From assembly GCA_963850305.1 (NCBI GenBank), contig CAWKKR010000007.1:64001-128000 (forward strand): a DNA stretch of 64,000 nucleotides, read 5' to 3'. Made by a program: the position numbers and the translations under genes. This DNA comes from an uncultured delta proteobacterium. GTDB taxonomy: Bacteria; Myxococcota_A; Polyangia; Polyangiales; Polyangiaceae. The notes under the pieces are model-generated. The model made no database searches. It saw only the letters and a program-made list of their open reading frames with translations, and had not been told where the DNA came from. Within the stretch, counting starts at the first letter, position 1. Every line of letters starts with the position of its first letter. Below, piece after piece: positions 58,121 through 64,000 of the stretch.

Positions 58121-59070
58121 TGCGCGTCCGACAAGAACGGCACCGGATTGGCGGACAATGACGGATCGACGCCGCTCGGCGCCGGCGGCAGCGTCCCGGT
58201 CGGCTCGGGCGGTTTCGAGACGAACCCTGGAGGTTACGGCAACACGACGACCGGCGACGTCGGCTCCGGAGGAGCCGCGACGGGCGCGGGCGGCACGACC
58301 GGGACCGACGGCGGCTTCGCTGCGGGAGGCGGCTCCAACCCCGGCCGCGGTTCATCCGTGAACTGCAAGTTCGACACGGTCGGCAACCAGAACCGGAACC
58401 CTGGGTTCTGCGATCTGGCTCCGGCGATGCTGTCGGCATTCGATCCCGACACGGCGGACCCCGTCCCCGTCTCGACGGCGTCCCTGGGCGCCGCCTTACC
58501 CACGAACGCGCCCGCGGGCTGGAACTGGCACACGATCGACGGCGCGATGTGTCGCGACGGTTCCCCGACGGGCTTTTACACGCACGACGGCACTGCGAGC
58601 AGCTTGCTCATCTATCTCGAGGGCGGCGGCGCGTGCAGCGACGACCACTTCTGCGCGTTCAACCCGTCGAGCGTGAACACGCTTCTGTCGGGCGATGGCG
58701 AGAGCGTTCTCGGGTCCACGTTCGGTGCGGGCGCCGGCTGGCAGCAGCCGGGCGTCTACACGGATAACACCGGAGTCCAGGGCATCTTCGACACGACGAA
58801 CACCGCCAATCCATACAAGGACTGGAACATCGTCTATGTGCCGTACTGCACCGGGGACGTGTTCTTCGGCAAGAAGCCGAATGCGACGGTCTCCGCGGGC
58901 GCGACCGGGCAGACCGCACCGCAGCAGTTCGTCGGCGGGTCCGGGCGCGATTCTACGACAGCACGGTGCAGACGAACGGCGAGACCCTCGCGCAGTTCGA
59001 GCAGAAGTTTCTCGACGCGAGCGCGAGCGAGGCTCCGGGCTCGACGCCACTCGAACAGGTCGGGCCCTGA
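58118..59070 (+). pseudogene. Pectin-acetylesterase-family copy 3, lacking signal peptide and with an internal deletion
   Basis: Starts at HCAS; homologous to copies 1/2 up to PQQFVGG (about 58938), then jumps out of frame to RARFYDSTVQT...LEQVGP*; GASAGG region absent. Confidence 0.9.
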
Positions 59071-59086
59071 AGGACGGGGAGCGCCC

Positions 59087-59112
59087 GCGAGCTCAGTTGC
59101 CGCTGAGTTCGC
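59087..59112. terminator. Hairpin between convergent genes
   Basis: GCGAGCTCAG-TTGCCG-CTGAGTTCGC imperfect inverted repeat; no U-tract. Confidence 0.3.
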
Positions 59113-59189
59113 GGTGCGCGAGGCAGGCCGTCGGCAAAACCCGCCGACCTTGTGGCGCCGATATTTCTGGCGGCCTCGCGTGAGCCCGC

Positions 59190-59999
59190 TCACCAGAACG
59201 TCGCGATGATCTGTCCCTTCGGGATCCGATCGCGGATGGACTCGTGAAGCTCGGGGAGCAACGACCAGTGGACGCCCGGTCGCATGTGATGCGCCGTGTG
59301 ATAGCCTAGGTTCCAGCTCAGCGCGTTGAAGAGCCCGTGCTCGCGGTTCACGCTCGCGTCGAGGTGATCGCTCGCGTGGTTGCCCGCGTGATGCTCGTAG
59401 GTTGCCCAGCACGTGTGGAGGAGCGTGAGCAACCCCGGCACGACGAACGCGAGCGCGCAGTTCAGCGGGTTCACGTAGAGCCCGAGCGCGAGCAGAGCGT
59501 AGAGCGGGACCTTCATCAGCAGGTACGTCCGGAAAATCTTCGGATGCTTTTTGCCCACCCGAAACACATCGACCTGGTGATGAAGGAACAAGTGGAACGA
59601 ATACTCGAGGCGCCCCATCGTCGACCCGTCGGAGCGAGTCCAGTGCGATTCGTCGGGCGAGCCGTGCGGTGGCTGGTTCAAATAATTCTGATGGTGTCCC
59701 AAGTTGTGGTGGAGGACCCACGTGTACGGCCCGATCCCCGTCTGGAGCGCGAGGATCAGATCGTAGAGCCGGTTCATCCACCGCGAATGGAACACACCGA
59801 GGTGTTGGTGGTGATGATTCAGCGGTGCGACGGAAATACTCGCGAGCCAGAGCGGCGCCACGCAGAGGATGGCGACGGTTGGCGTCGCCCAGACGAAGGC
59901 GGCCACGTGCAGCAGGAATGCGAGGACGACGTACGCGACGGACGCGCGGTCGGCCTTGTATCGCAGCAAGCGGCCGCGCCCTGTGAGGATGGGGGACAT
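59190..59999 (-). CDS. Membrane fatty-acid desaturase family protein
   Basis: His boxes HHHQH, HHNLGHH, EHH, GYHTAHH..PGVHW..LP; hydrophobic segments. Confidence 0.9.
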   Translation of the reverse strand: MSPILTGRGRLLRYKADRASVAYVVLAFLLHVAAFVWATPTVAILCVAPLWLASISVAPLNHHHQHLGVFHSRWMNRLYDLILALQTGIGPYTWVLHHNLGHHQNYLNQPPHGSPDESHWTRSDGSTMGRLEYSFHLFLHHQVDVFRVGKKHPKIFRTYLLMKVPLYALLALGLYVNPLNCALAFVVPGLLTLLHTCWATYEHHAGNHASDHLDASVNREHGLFNALSWNLGYHTAHHMRPGVHWSLLPELHESIRDRIPKGQIIATFW

Positions 60000-60486
60000 G
60001 ATCGTGCCGCGTGGTTATTACCCCGTCCCGTTTCTGGAGTCGCGCCGATCGTGGCGAAATGTCTCGCCGCGCCGCGTCCGTACCGTCTTCCCCGATGTAG
60101 GTGCTCCCGAAGCGTCAGGATCCTGTCACGGAAGCGTCCGCGCGGTGTCGCCAGCGACTCGCCCTTGCGCGGAAGCGCCGACTGTGCCGCGTCCTCACGC
60201 ACGTTGACGACGCGCAACGCGCGTGGAGCTAAGTGACAACTCGAATTGACGGATCCGGTGTCCCGCTCCAGCTTTTGGACGAAAGGCCCCACACGAGAAT
60301 TGAGTGGTGGAGGTCCAAGAACGATCGGGTAGGGAGCACCGTCAGCGCGGACGCGCCGAACCGCAGGCGGGCTCCGATCGGCGCGGTCGCTGCGCGGCCG
60401 TCTCGAGCGAAAAAGACGTACCGTGCCTGCCCCGGATGGCCACCGGTGACCACTGACGTACGGATCAGCATCCGGGGAATCCATCG

Positions 60487-62127
60487 ATGAGAGCTTCGTT
60501 CCTTCGCATTTCGGCTGCTTGCTCGTTCGTATTCCTCGCGGCGGTCGCCTGTGGTGGCTCCACCTCGACCAACATCGGCGGCGGGCCCGGAGCTGGTGGG
60601 CAGGACGCCGGTCTGGCGGGCGCAGGCTACGGCGGTGGTCTTCTCGCAAGCGGGGGTACCAATGGTTCCGCCGGTTTCGTCAGCAGCTCCGGGGGTCTCC
60701 AGGGGACGGGTGGCGTGACGCCTGTGGTCGACAGTGGTTCAGTGGACGGCTCTGCAGGCGGCACCGGGAATGTTGCGGACGGTTCTGCCGGTGGAAACTC
60801 CACCGTCGACTCCGGCACCGGAGGCACGGCCAGCACCGGAGGCACGGCCAGCACCGGAGGCACGGCCAGCACCGGAGGCACGGCCAGCACGGACGCAGGC
60901 TCGGGCTGTCAGTCCAGTAACGATTGCCCGAACTCGGCGCCGCGTTGCGAGCTGACGACCCACGCCTGCGTCGAGTGTCTGACCACCCCGCAATGCGGCG
61001 CGACGAACCTCCGGTGCAATGCCCAGCACGAGTGCGTGCCGGGCTGCGCGTCGGCAGGGGACTGCGCGTTCCCGACGTCCGCGTGTGACACGACCACGAA
61101 CGAATGTGTCCAGTGCACCTCCGGCGCGACGTGCCTGAACCCGAACGCTCCGAACTGCGACCTCACGACGGACACGTGCGTTCAATGCCTCGGCAATGGG
61201 GACTGCACTGCAGCCGGCCAGACGTGCCACCTTGCCACTCACACGTGCGCCCCAACGTGCTCGGCTGCAGGTCCGACATGCCCGCCCACCACGGTGTGCG
61301 ACACGGCCACTGACACCTGTGTCCAGTGCACGTCGCAGGCACAATGTCCGGGACCGACGCCGTACTGCAGCGCGACCACGAACACCTGCGTTGGCTGCCT
61401 CGACGATCAGAACTGTACGGGTGGCAGGGTCTGCACTGCCGGCGTGTGCGCCTGTGCGGGGAATCAACGAGTCTGCGGCGCTGCCTGTGTAGACACGACC
61501 ACCGACGCCGATAATTGCGGGCGGTGCGGCAACGTGTGCGAAAACGGCTCCACCTGCGAGGGCGGCGTCTGCAGCTGCGCGGCGGGGCTCTCCGCCTGCG
61601 GCGCGGGGCTCGCGGCCACCTGCGACGACCTGAAGAACGATCCGCGGAACTGCGGCGGCTGCGGCGCTCCCTGCACGGCGCTCCAGTACTGTTCCGGCGG
61701 AACGTGTGCCTGTCGGCCGGGGCTGACCGCGTGTGACGGAGCGTGCGTGGACACGCAGACGAATCCGCGCGCCTGCGGAGGATGTGGCAAACCCGCCTGT
61801 GCCGCCGGGGACCTATGTGTTGCTGGCAAGTGCGTGGCAGCGGCGGGAGGGTGCAAGGCTCCCGTTCCAGACACGTGCCAGGTCGATGGGCGCGCCGTGT
61901 GCACGGATCTCGCCACTGATCCAGCGCACTGCGGTGTCTGCGGCGCCGCGTGCACGGCCAACCAGGTGTGCGTCGCTGGACATTGTGATGCGTACCGACC
62001 CGCAACGCCGTGCAACACGTGCCCCTGCGACGCCTGCGACGCACGAGGCGCCCTCACCGCATGTTGTCCCGGCATTGGTACGGGTTCCGCGCCCATTTGC
62101 ATCGCCGATACGACGAGCTGCAACTGA
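60487..62127 (+). CDS. Large Cys-rich repeat lipoprotein
   Basis: AAVAC lipobox; repeated CD.TT..CV(E/Q)C....C units, then D..NCG.CG..C units. Confidence 0.82.
   Translation: MRASFLRISAACSFVFLAAVACGGSTSTNIGGGPGAGGQDAGLAGAGYGGGLLASGGTNGSAGFVSSSGGLQGTGGVTPVVDSGSVDGSAGGTGNVADGSAGGNSTVDSGTGGTASTGGTASTGGTASTGGTASTDAGSGCQSSNDCPNSAPRCELTTHACVECLTTPQCGATNLRCNAQHECVPGCASAGDCAFPTSACDTTTNECVQCTSGATCLNPNAPNCDLTTDTCVQCLGNGDCTAAGQTCHLATHTCAPTCSAAGPTCPPTTVCDTATDTCVQCTSQAQCPGPTPYCSATTNTCVGCLDDQNCTGGRVCTAGVCACAGNQRVCGAACVDTTTDADNCGRCGNVCENGSTCEGGVCSCAAGLSACGAGLAATCDDLKNDPRNCGGCGAPCTALQYCSGGTCACRPGLTACDGACVDTQTNPRACGGCGKPACAAGDLCVAGKCVAAAGGCKAPVPDTCQVDGRAVCTDLATDPAHCGVCGAACTANQVCVAGHCDAYRPATPCNTCPCDACDARGALTACCPGIGTGSAPICIADTTSCN
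60817..60888 (+). repeat. 18-bp coding tandem repeat x4
   Basis: ACCGGAGGCACGGCCAGC x4, encoding (TGGTAS)4. Confidence 0.92.
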
Positions 62128-62413
62128 CGCTCGGCGGTGGATCGTTGGCTTGAACCGCGCCGGGTCGCTGTGCGGAACTTGCGTCAGCCGGCGCGGCGGT
62201 GCTCGGCGCGCTCACCGCCCGAGGCCGCGAAGACGACGTAGAGAGCCTCGGTCTTGGACTGACGTATCGCGAGTCGGACCGCGAATCGCCAGTCATCGTC
62301 GCAACCGGCAGTGGCGGCGAAGACTTCGCAGACCTCCTGCCATCGGAAGAGGCCCGGCAGCCGGACCCATTCGGTTTCTTCTCGTGGCATGTCGAATGAA
62401 CCCGCCACCCTCG

Positions 62414-63227
62414 CTAAGGATTCCCCTTCCCGTGCAGAATTTTTTCTGCCAGCTTCGTGCGCTGCCAGTCGGTCAACACCGGGACGGCCGCAGCGAGGAG
62501 ATCGAGCCTGAATCCGGCACGTTTTGCGCCGTTGAAAGGCAGACCTGTGACATTTGCAGTTTCGAAGGTCGGCCCGCGAAACGCCTCGAGTAAGGCGTGA
62601 CCGGCGGACCGCGGAGGGAAGCGCTCGTGGTTGGCCCCTCCGTCGCCCTCGTAAGTGCTCCCTAAGGTCTCCCGAATCTCCGAACGCTGCGCTTCCGTCG
62701 AAATCGAGGAACTTCCCCCAGAAACCAAACCAACGCCGGTTGAAATGCCTCCGATGCGTCCGGGCACCGTGTCTCGCCTCGAGCGCGTCGATGAATTGAT
62801 TGCGCTGAGCCTCGTCGAGCAAATCGTGCAAGGTAACGAGTGCGGCGAGGTCGGCGCGGTGCGCTGCGGTGGCCGCCGTCGAAAGCGCGCGCAGCTCGGG
62901 CGAAAGCAACACCCGGTCGATCTTGCCCGCACGCACCTCTCCGGCGATGGCGATGCGCAACGCATCGTCCGCGGTCTTGACGGAGGCGTGACGCGCTTGT
63001 GCAGCTGCGGTGAGCGCGTCCACGTGAGCCTTCTGCGACGGCGTCAGCGTGACCGAGCGCAAGACTTCGGTGATTGCGTCCAATCTGGTCTCCGACGGCA
63101 TCGGATTGGTCAACGCCGCTTCCGCCGAGCCGACGGCACCGACGTCATCCGTAGAAGTCGGCTGGCCCCCGCATGCGGTCGCGGCCAGCGCGGCGGCGAG
63201 CGCGAGCCCGGACAGATGCTTGTGCAT
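62414..63227 (-). CDS. Spy/CpxP-like (LTxxQ) lipoprotein; frameshift near 62700
   Basis: AATAC lipobox; LTPSQK, LDEAQR, (S)TEAQR, LTDWQR motifs split between ORFs 62184-63248 and 62414-62965. Confidence 0.7.
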
Positions 63228-63429
63228 CCGGAAACCGATTGGCTTCATGGGTCCCCTACTCTTCCTCGCGTCCCTTGAGGATCTGTGGAGTCAGTGGGAA
63301 ATCCGGCGATGAGCGTCCCTGACACCTGTGCACGCCCCAGGTTCATATTTTGTGGGCGGGCGTATCAGGGAGCGTGTCTGCCGATTCGTTCGGCGGCGCT
63401 CCTGCCGAAAGTGCGGTACAAGGCCGGCA

Positions 63430-64000
63430 ATGGAGCGGAGCAGAGGACCGTCCCGAGCGTGGAGGCCGTGGTGGCTCGTCCCGCTCGTCCTGGGTGTCTC
63501 TGCCTGCACGAAGATCCTCGGCATCGACGGGACGTACGGGCTCGATGACCATCCGACGCAATCGGGTGGTCCTTCGGAGCCCGACGCCGCAGCCGACGTG
63601 AATACGGCCATGGGGGGCACGGCGACGGCGATTGTAGACGCCGGCAGGGGCGGCACGGCCGGAGCCGGCGGCAATGGCGTCGACTCGGACGCTCATCCAG
63701 CCGACGGGGACACGGGTGCTGGTGGGGCGCTCGCCGACAGCGGCTGCGTGAGTTGCTGCAAGCCTGGGTCGTACGAGGGGTCCTTCACTGGAACGCACGC
63801 GCCGCAGATCACGTTCGTCGGTGTTCCCCTTCCCGTCAGCGGAACCGTCTCCCTCACGGCCTCGGGCAGCAGTCCGCAGCTGGACGTGAGGGGCACCTTT
63901 TCCGGTACGATCGGAAGCACCTGCACGCCGGGGATGACGGGCTCGTGTCCGTTCCCGGGCGGCCCGTTCGAAGAAACTCTCGTCGGCACACTCGATTGTC
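63430..64000 (+). CDS. Lipoprotein, 3'-partial (not in the ORF track)
   Basis: My translation: MERSRGPSRAWRPWWLVPLVLGVSAC-TKILGIDGTY...CKPGSYEGSFTG...LVGTLDC, open to the window end. Confidence 0.75.
   Translation, partial: MERSRGPSRAWRPWWLVPLVLGVSACTKILGIDGTYGLDDHPTQSGGPSEPDAAADVNTAMGGTATAIVDAGRGGTAGAGGNGVDSDAHPADGDTGAGGALADSGCVSCCKPGSYEGSFTGTHAPQITFVGVPLPVSGTVSLTASGSSPQLDVRGTFSGTIGSTCTPGMTGSCPFPGGPFEETLVGTLDC

Noticed and set aside
60229..60471. 80-aa minus-strand ORF in the desaturase/lipoprotein intergenic region
   Set aside because: Weak codon bias, no recognisable motif
62152..62399. Short plus-strand ORF ending FGFFSWHVE
   Set aside because: May be a gene remnant, but has no RBS or recognisable family; unsupported
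1..64000. Many long Arg/Ala/Pro-rich alternative-frame and antisense ORFs in the track (e.g. 55050-55925 extension, 54130-55875, 17244-18962)
   Set aside because: Expected shadows of real genes in high-GC DNA; they overlap well-supported CDSs and lack motifs
1..64000. tRNA, rRNA, IS elements, integrases
   Set aside because: No cloverleaf, rRNA-like tract, transposase or recombinase motif recognised by eye; a tRNAscan/Rfam/ISfinder run would be needed to exclude them formally

Overview
A high-GC, gene-dense bacterial window. The gene repertoire (Uma2 endonuclease, two eukaryotic-like Ser/Thr kinases, TPR-PEGA protein, FGE-sulfatase-domain protein, CglF/GltF-like peptide, many Gly/Cys-rich lipoproteins) points to Myxococcota, probably Polyangiaceae-like (inference, no database search run). 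No rRNA, tRNA, CRISPR array, transposase, integrase or reverse transcriptase could be supported. Two coherent operons stand out. The first is a six-gene amidoligase/peptidase cluster at 24145-30227: RimK fused to RCK_C, RimB-like protease, C39-like peptidase, RLAN-RimK, GCS2 ligase and N-formylglutamate amidohydrolase. The second is a pterin/glycolipid-type cluster at 41139-48520: LTA-synthase/sulfatase-like protein, RibD-C, GT4, CDP-alcohol phosphatidyltransferase, atypical MDR dehydrogenase, PTPS-like protein and histidine phosphatase, coupled to a two-component system. Repeats include a 145-bp duplication of the Uma2 3' end followed by a 21-bp tandem array, a duplicated palindromic element, and a 26-bp tandem duplication. 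Three mosaic pectin-acetylesterase-family paralogues are present, one of them broken. Several head-to-head gene-fragment junctions and small frameshifts may be real decay or sequencing/assembly errors. Many start codons were re-assigned by eye from the ORF track and are approximate.
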